Of a DNA stretch of 64,000 nucleotides, positions 41,396 through 51,458 are shown piece after piece. The translations under genes and the position numbers were made by a program. The DNA comes from an uncultured Granulicatella sp. Lineage in GTDB: Bacteria > Bacillota > Bacilli > Lactobacillales > Aerococcaceae. The stretch's first letter is position 1. Every line of letters begins with the position of its first letter. The DNA lies in contig NZ_CAURVN010000002.1 of the NCBI RefSeq assembly GCF_963528195.1, forward strand, positions 3,902 through 67,901. Direction: 5' to 3'. The notes under the pieces were generated by a model, which saw only the letters and a list, made by a program, of their open reading frames with translations, was not told the DNA's origin and ran no database searches.

Positions 41396-41524
41396 GTATA
41401 TTACATCTACCGCTGACCAATATGCGAAATATAAATAGTTCAGTTGTAATGTTTGCCCTTCGTATAATTGCGAGGGATTTTTTGTTAAAAACATACTTTC
41501 CACACTACACAAAAAACGAAATCT

Positions 41525-42367
41525 TTAATTTTCCCTTACCATTTCAGCTATTATCTTAACAACCTCTATCGTGTCTTTAAACTTCAGTTCTGTTATGTAG
41601 GGATTATCTTTTAAATAAAATCCCCATAATTCCTCTAAATAAGAATCCTCTTCGATATCTTTTATGATTTCATCTGCCTCTTGCATCAAAGATATACTAC
41701 CTCTTTTTTCCGCCGTTGATAAAATAGCCTGTTTAAGACTGTGACTATCAAATTCCTCTTTTCTTAAGCCATATAAAGTATACAAATCATAAAAATCTCT
41801 CATTCTTGTTGTCGATATATTTCTCTTGATAATACTCTCATATTTTTCTGCAAGTATTGTTTCAATAGGATATGCAAGAACATTGATTCCTGCCTCTTTA
41901 AACATACACGGATATACATATTCTATTTCTTTTGGGGTAATAACGTCCCCTGTTGTAATATCAATTTTCATTGTATTTCTTATTTTCCCAAATACTGCTA
42001 TCAAATGTACCCTGAAGTTTTCATACTTATCTTCATCACGAATGTTAGTAATATCCATAACTTTAAACTGTATTCCATCATTAACTTCTATACTTAAGAT
42101 TTCTAACATAATATTTTTGATGACTTCTTTCTTTAGTGGAAATCCTTTTACGGTTGTATCCAAATCCATAGTCGTCCTATTATCTATGCCAATCATTGAT
42201 GAAATGAGCAATCCTCCCTTAATAACAAAATTCCATTTATATTGAGAGTTAGATAATCTTTCTAAAAACCTTTCAAAGAAAAACATTTGCAAAACTTCCT
42301 GTGAACTTAATCGTTTACTTTTAGCGATATGTTTTACTTTCCCTTTTAAACTCTCAGAACTAATCAT
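41525..42367 (-). CDS. abiEii: nucleotidyltransferase AbiEii/AbiGii toxin family protein (type IV TA)
   Basis: 280 aa. Contains FVIKGGLLISSMIGIDNRTTMDLD (the GG...R.T.DLD NTase motif). Overlaps the upstream antitoxin gene by 8 nt. Confidence 0.82.
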   Translation of the reverse strand: MISSESLKGKVKHIAKSKRLSSQEVLQMFFFERFLERLSNSQYKWNFVIKGGLLISSMIGIDNRTTMDLDTTVKGFPLKKEVIKNIMLEILSIEVNDGIQFKVMDITNIRDEDKYENFRVHLIAVFGKIRNTMKIDITTGDVITPKEIEYVYPCMFKEAGINVLAYPIETILAEKYESIIKRNISTTRMRDFYDLYTLYGLRKEEFDSHSLKQAILSTAEKRGSISLMQEADEIIKDIEEDSYLEELWGFYLKDNPYITELKFKDTIEVVKIIAEMVREN

Positions 42368-42956
42368 GTACTAACACCTCCATATATTTTCTGATTTCCT
42401 CTTCAACACCTAATATTCTGCTATATTTAATAAGATTTCTAATATTTCTTTCTTTACAACTAAAATATCGAATCATTGCATCTATAAATATTTGTTTATC
42501 AATACGTTTTCTTTCTGAAACAATATCACAAATCGTTCTTTCTCTATCATAGCATTTAACTTCATTTCCAAATGCTGTCTTGACACGTATAATACCAATA
42601 TCAAACTTCTCTTGTTTAATATAATGTACTTCCAAATGATTGATCCATTTTTTTATATGCCCAACATTATAACCTTGAGGGACGCTGATATGAAATGAAT
42701 TTGGAGTTCTATCACTAAGCTCTAATAAAAACAAAGCAGTGTGAAATGAAAATACAACTTTTTCATTATTACAAGATATTCGTGCAAATTCATCCTCTAA
42801 ATCATCTTTTTTCTTATATACTCCATTTTTTACTCGTTCAAGTTTCTTTTTACGAACCAATTCAGCAAGCTTATGCCTCTTAACCCCTAATTTTTCAGCT
42901 TCTTTATTTGTAATCACTCCGTTTTCTTTAAAATACTCATCCAAAATATTCATCAT
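42360..42956 (-). CDS. abiEi: AbiEi family antitoxin/transcriptional repressor (type IV TA)
   Basis: N-terminal winged helix ITNKEAEKLGVKRHKLAELVRKKKLERVKNGVY. The ATG at 42956 lies 8 nt after GGAGG; the track's GTG at 42965 overlaps the SD. Confidence 0.8.
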   Translation of the reverse strand: MMNILDEYFKENGVITNKEAEKLGVKRHKLAELVRKKKLERVKNGVYKKKDDLEDEFARISCNNEKVVFSFHTALFLLELSDRTPNSFHISVPQGYNVGHIKKWINHLEVHYIKQEKFDIGIIRVKTAFGNEVKCYDRERTICDIVSERKRIDKQIFIDAMIRYFSCKERNIRNLIKYSRILGVEEEIRKYMEVLVHD

Positions 42957-43104
42957 AAGGAACACCTCCTTTTTTCATTTACATTTACGCTTTAATTTTA
43001 TAATATTAAAGAGTATTTGTAAAAATTTCTGCTTTCATATTCCAAAATAAAACGACAAAAAAGAGAGCAACTCTCGTTACTCTCTCATACTCAAAATTCC
43101 ATTC

Positions 43105-44460
43105 TTAGTCTAAGCCAATTTCTTGACGAACTACATCTGCAATTCGTGTGACATAATCATGGCATAACTCATCTGTTGGTGCTTCTACCATGACACGTAC
43201 TAATGGTTCTGTTCCACTTGGACGAACTAGAACACGACCATTTCCTGCCATTTCGGCTTCCACTGTGTCGATAATTTCTTTAATCGCTGGCACTTCCATA
43301 GCTCCATTTTTATCGCTCACTCGAATATTCACTAATTCTTGAGGATAAGTAGGTACCTCGCTGGCTAATTCACTTAATTTCTTACCTGTTTGTTTCATAA
43401 CATTCATTAATTGAATTCCTGATAATAATCCATCACCTGTTGTATTTAAATCTAAAAATACAATATGTCCTGATTGTTCTCCACCGAAGTTATAACCATT
43501 TTTACGCATTTCTTCTACAACATAGCGATCTCCTACAGCTGTTTGAAGAGCAACCATCCCTTCTTCTTCCACTGCTTTATGGAATCCTAAGTTACTCATA
43601 ACTGTTGAAACAATTGTATCTTGATTCAATTGTCCTACACTACGTAAGTATTTTCCGCAGATAAACATAATTTTATCGCCATCTACGATTTCTCCGTTTT
43701 CGTCAACCGCAATACAACGGTCTCCATCTCCATCGAAGCTTAATCCTAAATCTGCACCATTTTCTTTCACAAATGCTGCTAAAGCTTCTGGATGTGTTGA
43801 ACCTACTCCATCATTAATATTCACACCATTTGGTTTATTTCCCATTGTGTAAAATTCTGTTTCTAAATCTGCAAATAAACGATTTAATACAGCTGAAGTT
43901 GCTCCGTTTGCACCATCTAATGCTACTTTCATATCTGTTAGAGGACCATCAATTGTGTGTTGTAAAAATTGACTATATTTCATCGTTCCTTCTAAATAAT
44001 CATCCACAGTTCCTAATTCATCTGTTGAAGGACGTGGTAATGTATCTTCTGGACTATCTAATAAAGCTTCAATTTCTGCTTCCGTTTCATCAGATAATTT
44101 AAAACCATCTGCTCCAAAGAATTTAATTCCATTATCTTGTGCTGGATTGTGAGATGCAGAAATCATAACCCCTGCTACTGCTCCTTGCACACGTGTTAAA
44201 TAAGAAACTCCTGGTGTTGGAATAACGCCTAATTGCATTACTTCAATTCCTACAGATAATAAACCTGCAATTAAAGCATGCTCTAATAATTGCCCCGAAA
44301 TACGAGTATCTCTTCCGACTAAAACACGTGGATGCTTATCTCCACCTGCTTGTTGTAATAAGACATATCCACCAAAACGTCCTAATTTAAACGCTAATTC
44401 TGGTGTTAATTCAGCATTTGCTACTCCTCTTACACCATCTGTTCCAAAATATTTGCCCAT
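43105..44460 (-). CDS. glmM: phosphoglucosamine mutase
   Basis: Contains [12 protein letters not shown] and the active-site motif SASHNP. In cdaA-cdaR-glmM synteny. Confidence 0.97.
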   Translation of the reverse strand: MGKYFGTDGVRGVANAELTPELAFKLGRFGGYVLLQQAGGDKHPRVLVGRDTRISGQLLEHALIAGLLSVGIEVMQLGVIPTPGVSYLTRVQGAVAGVMISASHNPAQDNGIKFFGADGFKLSDETEAEIEALLDSPEDTLPRPSTDELGTVDDYLEGTMKYSQFLQHTIDGPLTDMKVALDGANGATSAVLNRLFADLETEFYTMGNKPNGVNINDGVGSTHPEALAAFVKENGADLGLSFDGDGDRCIAVDENGEIVDGDKIMFICGKYLRSVGQLNQDTIVSTVMSNLGFHKAVEEEGMVALQTAVGDRYVVEEMRKNGYNFGGEQSGHIVFLDLNTTGDGLLSGIQLMNVMKQTGKKLSELASEVPTYPQELVNIRVSDKNGAMEVPAIKEIIDTVEAEMAGNGRVLVRPSGTEPLVRVMVEAPTDELCHDYVTRIADVVRQEIGLD

Positions 44461-44490
44461 ATTCAATCTCCTTTAAATTTCAATCACTTT

Positions 44491-45498
44491 CTATTGTCTT
44501 GTTGTTTGTGTAGTTTGCGTTGTCTGTGTAGTTTCTGTTGTTTGAGTTGTTGTAGATGTTACGATAACTTCTACAGATATATTTTCAGGATTCACACTAT
44601 CTACTCCTGTTGGCAGAGTAATTTTAACTACTTGAGTAGTTGTTTTTGTTAATTGACTAACATCAACCACTACAGGAATCGCTGTTAATCGATCCAATAT
44701 CTCTTGAGCTCCTAAAATTGTAACCTCTTTGACATCAGATTTCAACTGATAGGAATATTGAGTTCCAGCACTTCCTGTTGTTGTAAATACTAGTGGAACC
44801 TTTTTACTATTCGTCGTAATCGGAACTCGTACTTGTACATGATCTGGTTCGACCTTAACCGCTAAAGGTCTCCCTGTAGCATCCATCGCTTGAACTACAA
44901 CAGAAGAAGTAAAATCTGCCTTTGTATTTTCAGGTACTGTGACATTAGCCAAAACATTCTCTACTTGATTGATTAGTGATTCTGGCCCCGAAATACTAAC
45001 TCTTGAAGGAGTTACAATAGCTTGTCCATTTTTATAAGCACCTGGTAAATTTGCACGATTGACATTAACAGAAACTGGTAATTCAATAGTTGCTTTATTT
45101 TCAATAAAAATCTCAACTGTTTCAGGAGACACCGTTCCTTTTACCCCAGCTGGTAATCCAGTTACTTGTAATAAAATTGTATGCTTTCCTGTCCCTAGTT
45201 CATTTAGATTTGGAGTTTTTACACGATAAGATGCATTCCCAGCAACTGCTAATAAAGAACTACTTGTTCCTTCTACCCTTAATGTTACAGATTCTGGCAA
45301 TCCAGTAACAGTATATAATTGATTATCCATATCTACATAAATAGGAACATTTCCAATTGTATTTGAAGTTGTCTGAATCGAAACCGAAGACGATTGCCGA
45401 CTCGGACTAGATTCACTTGCGTATACAAATAAAGCCATCGTCAAAACAAAGGATATTACTACCAAAAATGATTTTTTAGTCATCCATTTACTAATCAT
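44491..45498 (-). CDS. cdaR: YbbR-domain protein CdaR (regulator of diadenylate cyclase)
   Basis: N-terminal TM helix, repeated YbbR-like beta modules, and a (TTQ)n tail. Overlaps the cdaA stop. Confidence 0.88.
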   Translation of the reverse strand: MISKWMTKKSFLVVISFVLTMALFVYASESSPSRQSSSVSIQTTSNTIGNVPIYVDMDNQLYTVTGLPESVTLRVEGTSSSLLAVAGNASYRVKTPNLNELGTGKHTILLQVTGLPAGVKGTVSPETVEIFIENKATIELPVSVNVNRANLPGAYKNGQAIVTPSRVSISGPESLINQVENVLANVTVPENTKADFTSSVVVQAMDATGRPLAVKVEPDHVQVRVPITTNSKKVPLVFTTTGSAGTQYSYQLKSDVKEVTILGAQEILDRLTAIPVVVDVSQLTKTTTQVVKITLPTGVDSVNPENISVEVIVTSTTTQTTETTQTTQTTQTTRQ

Positions 45499-46339
45499 TG
45501 ATACGACCTCCTCTAAAGAAATCGATAATCATTGTTAAAAATGTCGAATCTTTTTGAGAAGTTTCTTTAGTAATTAAATGTTCACTTAACACTTCTACAA
45601 ATTCATCCGGCGTTAGCTCACGTAATAATTTTTCACGCAATGCGACACTAACTTTCCCTGTTTCTTCTGAAATAACAATAATTAAAGCATCTGTTACTTC
45701 ACTTAATCCGATAGCTGCACGGTGTCTTGTTCCTAATTCTTTAGGAATAAATTTACTCTCAGATAATGGTAAATAACACGCCGCTGCTTCGACTTCATGA
45801 CCACGAATAATAACCGCCCCATCATGAAGAGGTGTATTCGGAATAAAAATTTGTGTCATTAATTGATTCGAAATTCGTGATTGTAAGGCAATTCCCGTAT
45901 TAATATATTCTTCTAAAGAATTCGCTTGTTCGATACAAATTAACGCACCAATTCTTCTTTTTGCCATATATTGTACAGAAATATTCAACTCTTCAATCAT
46001 TCTTTGAGCCTGATTTGTTCCCGAAGATCTCCTTGAGAAAAAGTTTGAACGACCGATATGTTCTAATCCTCTGCGAATTTCTGGTTGAAAGACGACAATG
46101 GCTCCAACAACTCCCCATTGAATTACTAAATTCATAATCCAATCAAGAGTAATTAACCCAAACATATAACTGATAAATTTTACCCCAGCAATGACTGCCA
46201 ATCCCTTCATCAAATGTACAGCCCTTGTACCTTTCATGATGAGTAATAGATTATATAATAAGTACCAAACAATCACAATATCGACAATATTACGAATGCT
46301 ACTCCAAGCACCTAAACTACTCCAATTAAATTGCATCAC
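45491..46339 (-). CDS. cdaA: diadenylate cyclase CdaA
   Basis: Three N-terminal TM helices plus DAC-domain motifs DGAVII and GTRHRAAIGLSE. Confidence 0.95.
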   Translation of the reverse strand: MMQFNWSSLGAWSSIRNIVDIVIVWYLLYNLLLIMKGTRAVHLMKGLAVIAGVKFISYMFGLITLDWIMNLVIQWGVVGAIVVFQPEIRRGLEHIGRSNFFSRRSSGTNQAQRMIEELNISVQYMAKRRIGALICIEQANSLEEYINTGIALQSRISNQLMTQIFIPNTPLHDGAVIIRGHEVEAAACYLPLSESKFIPKELGTRHRAAIGLSEVTDALIIVISEETGKVSVALREKLLRELTPDEFVEVLSEHLITKETSQKDSTFLTMIIDFFRGGRIND

Positions 46340-46488
46340 TCAACCCCCATTTCTATATCTTCTTTAGTTTATACCTTTTCTAAAAACATTACAACTGCCC
46401 CCATCATGAACTTATTTATATTTTATTTTTTGACAGTAAATTTCTCTCCGTGCTACACTACAATTAACTGATTAAGGGAGGATTTATC

Positions 46489-46794
46489 ATGCAAAAAAGT
46501 TATTTTGACGGTGGAATGCTAACGTATATTTTAAGTTGCATTATTTCATTTTTTATTATCACACTGACCTTTGGACTAGGAACGCCTTGGGCAATCTGCA
46601 TCATGTATAAATGGGAAATTGAACATACCGTTGTTGAAGGACGAAGACTTGGATTTAATGGCACTGCACTTGAATTGTTTAGAAACTGGGTCAAATGGTT
46701 TTTCTTATGTATTGTCACATTAGGAATCTATGGATTCTGGCTTCATATTAAAATACTAGAATGGAAAGCTGAACATACTTATTTCTTAGATTAA
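46489..46794 (+). CDS. small DUF898-like membrane protein
   Basis: 101 aa. Contains LGTPWAICIMYKWEIEHTVVEGRRLGFNGT and TLGIYGFW. AGGGAGG RBS. Confidence 0.6.
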   Translation: MQKSYFDGGMLTYILSCIISFFIITLTFGLGTPWAICIMYKWEIEHTVVEGRRLGFNGTALELFRNWVKWFFLCIVTLGIYGFWLHIKILEWKAEHTYFLD

Positions 46795-46796
46795 AT

Positions 46797-46835
46797 AGAA
46801 AAACCACTCCGTTTAATATTGCGGAGTGGTTTTGG
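46797..46835. terminator. bidirectional terminator
   Basis: AAACCACTCCG-tttaatattg-CGGAGTGGTTT. Confidence 0.8.
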
Positions 46836-46848
46836 TTATCTAGCTACT

Positions 46849-47778
46849 TTATCCAACATTTTTGTCTTTTTGCTGAACTCGTTTAGCGATATACGCCGTT
46901 AAAATTGGTGTTAAAATAGCCGTCACAATAACAGAAGCTGTAATTTGAGTCGTAGCAGTCGCTTCAATTGCTTTAAAGGAAGCATCTACCGCAGAAAGTG
47001 CTGCTGGTGTCGCAATAGCACTTGCCGCCGTACTAGAAATCGCAGCACCTGCAACTCCATTTCCTCCAGACAATTTATCGGCAGCTATCGCTGCAACCCC
47101 ACCAATTAATGTTGTAATCACACCTAATAAAATACCAGGTAAGCCACCTTCAAGAATTTGTCCAAAATTCATATTTGCCCCTAAACAAAATCCTACGACG
47201 ATAATAATTGCTGTAATCCCGTTTGAGAGAACTTTTTTCATATAAGGAAAAGCATTTCCTAAAATAATCCCAATAATAAGTGGTAAAATCGTTCCAATCA
47301 AGTTCCAAATAGAAATATTCGCTAGTCCTGCAGTACTTAATACTGCCATCGTTACCATTGGACCAACACTTAAAGTAGTAATCCCAACAGCACCAGCATC
47401 AATTTCATCACCGTATACTTCTACAATTCCAGCATACATCGCATTATTCGCTACTGAAATTGCTCCAATTACCGCTACTGCGCTCAATCCTAAGAAATTA
47501 TCATTGAAAACTTTTGCCACTAATAATCCTAGAATAATTGAAACAATAATTTTAGCGATAATAATGGACGCCCCACGAACAACAGCCTTCGGTGTATTTT
47601 TTAGGGAAATCGTTCCCCCGATGACAAATAAGAACGCCCCAACCAATGGCCCAGCACCTTTTACAATCGGTGTCGTAAATCCACCAATTTGTAAGATTTG
47701 AGGAATAAATGTATTAATAAAACATCCAATAAACATTGGTACAATAATGGTATCCCCAGGAATTTTAATCTTTTTCAT
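46849..47778 (-). CDS. kdgT: 2-keto-3-deoxygluconate permease family transporter
   Basis: Starts MKKIKIPGDTIIVPMFIGCFINTFIPQILQIGGFTT, which is KdgT-like. I prefer the ATG at 47778. Confidence 0.75.
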   Translation of the reverse strand: MKKIKIPGDTIIVPMFIGCFINTFIPQILQIGGFTTPIVKGAGPLVGAFLFVIGGTISLKNTPKAVVRGASIIIAKIIVSIILGLLVAKVFNDNFLGLSAVAVIGAISVANNAMYAGIVEVYGDEIDAGAVGITTLSVGPMVTMAVLSTAGLANISIWNLIGTILPLIIGIILGNAFPYMKKVLSNGITAIIIVVGFCLGANMNFGQILEGGLPGILLGVITTLIGGVAAIAADKLSGGNGVAGAAISSTAASAIATPAALSAVDASFKAIEATATTQITASVIVTAILTPILTAYIAKRVQQKDKNVG

Positions 47779-47822
47779 TGCATTCACATACCTTTTTAAA
47801 ATTTTATCGAGCGGAAGAAAAA

Positions 47823-48572
47823 TCAACCATCTAATGTAATACCACCATCGCAGTCGCCGATTTCTCCAGTAATAAAGCTTGCTAAATCACTGGCGAAGAA
47901 TAAAATCATTTGAGCAATTTCAACAGGTTCTGCACGACGTCCTAAAGGAATCATACTAATCACTTTTTGACTCTTTTCTTTATCTTCTGAAAGCACTGTT
48001 GTCATATCTGTTCTAGTAAAGGATGGACATACTGCATTACAAGCAATATTGTATTTCCCGCCTTCTTTAGCAACAGCTTTTGTTAATCCATTCAAGCCTG
48101 CTTTAGAAGAAGCATACGCTGCAGTTCCTAGAAGACCTCCCCCTAATTTTGCAGCAACAGAAGATACATTGACAATTCTACCTCCTTTATTTTCAATAAA
48201 ATGAGGGAAAATAGTGCTAATCGTTGAGAAACATCCAGAAAGATTAATACGAATTGTTCTTTCCCATTCTTCATACGTTAATTGATCAAAAGGTTTCGCA
48301 CTAATCACTCCTGCACAATTGACTAAAATATCAGCTTTACGTTCAGAAAGAATCTTGTTCATGCTTGCAACAATAGATTCATGATTTCCTAAATCCATGT
48401 ATTCAAACATAGTATGTTCTGCTCCAAACTCGGCTACTGTTTTTGTAGCAGCAGATTCGTTAATATCTGCAATGACTACAAAACCTCCACCTTCAACAAT
48501 TCCTCTTACTACTTCTTTTCCAATCCCATTTGCTCCACCTGTCACGATAGCAACTTTTCCTGAAAAATTCAT
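47823..48572 (-). CDS. SDR family oxidoreductase
   Basis: TGGANGIG cofactor motif and YASSK catalytic motif. Confidence 0.9.
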   Translation of the reverse strand: MNFSGKVAIVTGGANGIGKEVVRGIVEGGGFVVIADINESAATKTVAEFGAEHTMFEYMDLGNHESIVASMNKILSERKADILVNCAGVISAKPFDQLTYEEWERTIRINLSGCFSTISTIFPHFIENKGGRIVNVSSVAAKLGGGLLGTAAYASSKAGLNGLTKAVAKEGGKYNIACNAVCPSFTRTDMTTVLSEDKEKSQKVISMIPLGRRAEPVEIAQMILFFASDLASFITGEIGDCDGGITLDG

Positions 48573-48686
48573 AAAATCACTTCCTTTGATTTATTGTTTA
48601 CATTCTATTCCTATGAAAAAATCTGATTGTTATCATTTGTTACTATTTCCACAGTTTTTATAAATTTTATCAAATTTACGTAAAAC

Positions 48687-48717
48687 CAAAAAAACCTGTT
48701 GGATCCACCAACAGGTT
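48687..48717 (-). terminator. terminator after the aldolase gene
   Basis: AACCTGTTGG-atcca-CCAACAGGTT with a plus-strand A8 upstream. Confidence 0.8.
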
Positions 48718-48732
48718 ACGAATTTATTCAAA

Positions 48733-49566
48733 TTAATCTAAATATCTTTCTGGTACTTTTAGAACAGCACAGATTTTCTTCAAATCTTCTTTAGATAGAA
48801 CATTACTTTCATAAATGCTCTTACCACTAACTCTTTGAACATCTAATGCAATATGAGCTGCTTTATCAGCAGTTTCAATTAATCCGAAGCAATCTTGATA
48901 ATCTACACCAGTAGAAAGAACTCCATGTTTGCTCCAAACAACTAAACGATGAGTTTCCAATTCTTTAGCTGTAGCAGAACCAATTTGCTGAGTTCCTGGT
49001 ACTTCCCAAGGTAAAACAGCAATTCCATCAGGGAATACTACGATTGATTCAGTTAACACTGACCATAAATCTAATGATAAAGATTCAGTTGTTACATCAT
49101 TTAATAAGCAGTAAGTTACAACATTTGTTGCGTGATTATGAATTACTACTCTATGATTTGGATTTTGTTTTAATCTAGCTGCATGAGATAATACATGCAT
49201 GAAGATTTCACTTGTAGGACGTTTGCCTGTAACAAAACCTGCAACTACTTGATAACCTTTATCTGTTAATTGAATGATACCAGTATCCGCATGTGGTTGA
49301 GAATGTAATGTTCTAAAATGGCTTCCAGAAGCAGTAATTAAGATATATTCTCCTCTCACATGTTCTGGAACATCTAAAACTTCCACTTCTTTTCTATTTT
49401 CAGCATAGTACGTATATTCTGTACCAGCTAAGCTGCTTTCAAGATTTTCAGCTTCTTCAACTGTTAAACGATAACTAACATTTCCACCGTTATATTCGTC
49501 CCAGCCTTTATTCCACATATCATATGTCACTTGACATAAGCCTTCAATAAACTTAGGATACCCCAT
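48733..49566 (-). CDS. class II aldolase, rhamnulose-1-phosphate aldolase (RhaD)-like
   Basis: Alignable by eye to E. coli RhaD: KGWDE.NGGN, ITASGS.FR, PTSE..MH, HNHATN, VFPDG...LPW.VPGT..IG, LIETADKAA. Confidence 0.82.
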   Translation of the reverse strand: MGYPKFIEGLCQVTYDMWNKGWDEYNGGNVSYRLTVEEAENLESSLAGTEYTYYAENRKEVEVLDVPEHVRGEYILITASGSHFRTLHSQPHADTGIIQLTDKGYQVVAGFVTGKRPTSEIFMHVLSHAARLKQNPNHRVVIHNHATNVVTYCLLNDVTTESLSLDLWSVLTESIVVFPDGIAVLPWEVPGTQQIGSATAKELETHRLVVWSKHGVLSTGVDYQDCFGLIETADKAAHIALDVQRVSGKSIYESNVLSKEDLKKICAVLKVPERYLD

Positions 49567-49640
49567 AATTATTCCCCTTCTTTAACTATAATATTTTTCA
49601 GCCGTACCTGAAAAAAATTTTTTTGTTTATCCAATATAAT

Positions 49641-49654
49641 AGTAACCGTTTTCT
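49641..49654. promoter_or_regulatory. candidate cre (CcpA) site
   Basis: AGTAACCGTTTTCT differs from TGNAANCGNWNNCW only at position 1. It lies about 80 nt upstream of the aldolase start. Confidence 0.35.
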
Positions 49655-49793
49655 TGTTCATCGTCAACCTAATTTGTCTAATTTTTAATAATTTATGCAT
49701 GATTTATCGTAATCCTTTATTATTATGAATTTTTGTTGAAATTAAGTATTCAATTAAACAAATTCTATAAGCGATTCCTAATATTAATTCTAC

Positions 49794-49831
49794 AAAAAGA
49801 ATGGATCCCTATAATGAAATCCATTCTTTTG
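49794..49831. terminator. bidirectional terminator ending the PTS operon
   Basis: AAAGAATGGAT-N12-ATCCATTCTTT. Confidence 0.75.
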
Positions 49832-49925
49832 CTTTCTTCAAATCATTGCCATTCAACCGAATTCAAATTCATTGATTCTTCTATTCTATCTATTTCTAAA
49901 TCAATCGTTTGAATTTTCGTCTTAT

Positions 49926-50105
49926 TTACGATTCTTTTTTAGCTCTACGGATTTTCTTAAATCTGCTTTCATCAAATTCCTTGAATAAATTTTGCTTATC
50001 CAAGTAAATAGCAACAGGTAAAATTAAGACTGTTAACCAAATTATCTGAGAAATGATAGAATAGACAAATAATATACCTAACACTAAAATGAGCAGCTTC
50101 TTCAT
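49926..50105 (-). CDS. small two-TM membrane protein (59 aa, not in the ORF track)
   Basis: MKKLLILVLGILFVYSIISQIIWLTVLILPVAIYLDKQNLFKEFDESRFKKIRRAKKES. Its ATG lies immediately after the EIIC stop codon (one intervening nt). Confidence 0.5.
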   Translation of the reverse strand: MKKLLILVLGILFVYSIISQIIWLTVLILPVAIYLDKQNLFKEFDESRFKKIRRAKKES

Positions 50106-50106
50106 T

Positions 50107-51447
50107 CTATTCGCCTGCTTCTAATGTTTCATTATATTTCTTTCTATCTTTTAATAGCCATACATAAAGAGCTAACCATACAACTCCTAATACAATAGCG
50201 ATAACATCACCATTAAATCCATTTGCTAAAATATAACGAATATCTGGTCCTTCAAAAGTAGCCCATGAAATTAAACCACTTTGATTTAATGTTTTTGTTT
50301 CCTCTGCTAAACGAGTCATATATGGAGTGAAGTAAGTTGCTCCATATAAGAATAACGGAGTAGAGATTAAACCATGAATAATCATTCTTAAAACATTACC
50401 ATTTGTTAATAATAGAGCACCTACAACAAATGATAAATTAATGATACCGGCAAATGGTAATACAATATTATTTGGTAAAACGATAGATCCTACTAAAAGG
50501 AATGGGATTGTAAAGATAACTGCTACCCATAATTCATTACGTCCACCAAGTACTGGCCAGTCTAAACCAATATAAACTTCACGATCTTCAAATTTTTCAC
50601 GCATAAAGTCAGATACTGCTTCTGAAATTGGTGATAATGCTTGAGAGAATAGTTTAGATACCATTGGGAATAAGGTTAAAGCTGTTGCCGCTTGAACTGA
50701 CAATGTTAATGCGTATTTAATACCATTACCTGATGCAGCTCCTAAAGCAAATCCAATAATAGCTCCCATTACTGCATTTTCTCCAAATACTCCAATTTTT
50801 TCTTTTAATGTATCAGCATCAAATTGTTTATTTAATAGAGGAATTTTTTTCAACAATTCATCAATCGGATGTAAAATTACTGCAATCATACAAATAAAGT
50901 GAGGTACTGTAATCCCCGGTACTCCAGTTAAACGTTCTACTTCTGGAGCAAACACATCTCCAAGTTTTAGTTCTAATACAATAATAATAGCTGCTGCAAT
51001 AAATCCTAAGAAAATGTTATTTGTAAAGTACGTTACAATTACTGCTGTAAAAATTTTATTCCAAACATTCCATAAATCTACATTTAACGTTTTTGTTTGT
51101 TTAGTCACTAACATAATGAAGTTAATCGCTAATTGTAATGGGAACACTAAGAAAGCATAAGGCCAAGCCCAGCTAATTGCTGCAGCTCCAGGCCAACCAA
51201 TATCAACTGCTGGTAAACTTAATCCAGTATGAGTTGTTAAATCATTTGCTGCTGCACCCATACTTGTCATAATAAAGTTTACAAGAATTCCCATACCTGT
51301 AAATGCAATCCCTAAAGTTAACGCTGCTGTGAAAGCTTCTCTGAACTTCATTTTCATTGCTAGTCCAACAATTAACATTAAAAATGGAACAAATACTGCA
51401 GCTCCTAAATCCAAAATATATTGAATAACTACTTGCAAGGTTTCCAT
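50107..51447 (-). CDS. PTS galactitol-family EIIC component
   Basis: The N-terminus VIQYILDLGAAVFVPFLMLIVGLAMKMK parallels E. coli GatC. 446 aa. Confidence 0.88.
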   Translation of the reverse strand: METLQVVIQYILDLGAAVFVPFLMLIVGLAMKMKFREAFTAALTLGIAFTGMGILVNFIMTSMGAAANDLTTHTGLSLPAVDIGWPGAAAISWAWPYAFLVFPLQLAINFIMLVTKQTKTLNVDLWNVWNKIFTAVIVTYFTNNIFLGFIAAAIIIVLELKLGDVFAPEVERLTGVPGITVPHFICMIAVILHPIDELLKKIPLLNKQFDADTLKEKIGVFGENAVMGAIIGFALGAASGNGIKYALTLSVQAATALTLFPMVSKLFSQALSPISEAVSDFMREKFEDREVYIGLDWPVLGGRNELWVAVIFTIPFLLVGSIVLPNNIVLPFAGIINLSFVVGALLLTNGNVLRMIIHGLISTPLFLYGATYFTPYMTRLAEETKTLNQSGLISWATFEGPDIRYILANGFNGDVIAIVLGVVWLALYVWLLKDRKKYNETLEAGE

Positions 51448-51458
51448 ATTTTTTCCTC

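Noticed and set aside
41456-41483. A plus-strand hairpin CCCTTCG..CGAGGG followed by TTTTTT, which looks like a terminator.
   Set aside because: No plus-strand promoter or gene feeds it apart from read-through of the sRNA. It is more economically explained as a 5'-leader hairpin of the minus-strand toxin transcript.
41318-41512. The full 64-aa track ORF (MCSVESMFLTKNPSQ...) as the real product of the toxin-like locus.
   Set aside because: Only the last 25 aa look like a type I toxin (TM helix plus KK tail). The N-terminal 39 aa are unremarkable and would overlap the leader hairpin. I kept the short version at low confidence.
42966-43060. A shared ctttaatt 8-mer at both ends of the AbiE insertion (41523-41530 and about 42990), considered as possible target-site duplication.
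   Set aside because: An 8-mer of A/T-rich sequence is expected by chance in this composition. There is no integrase or inverted repeat to support mobility.
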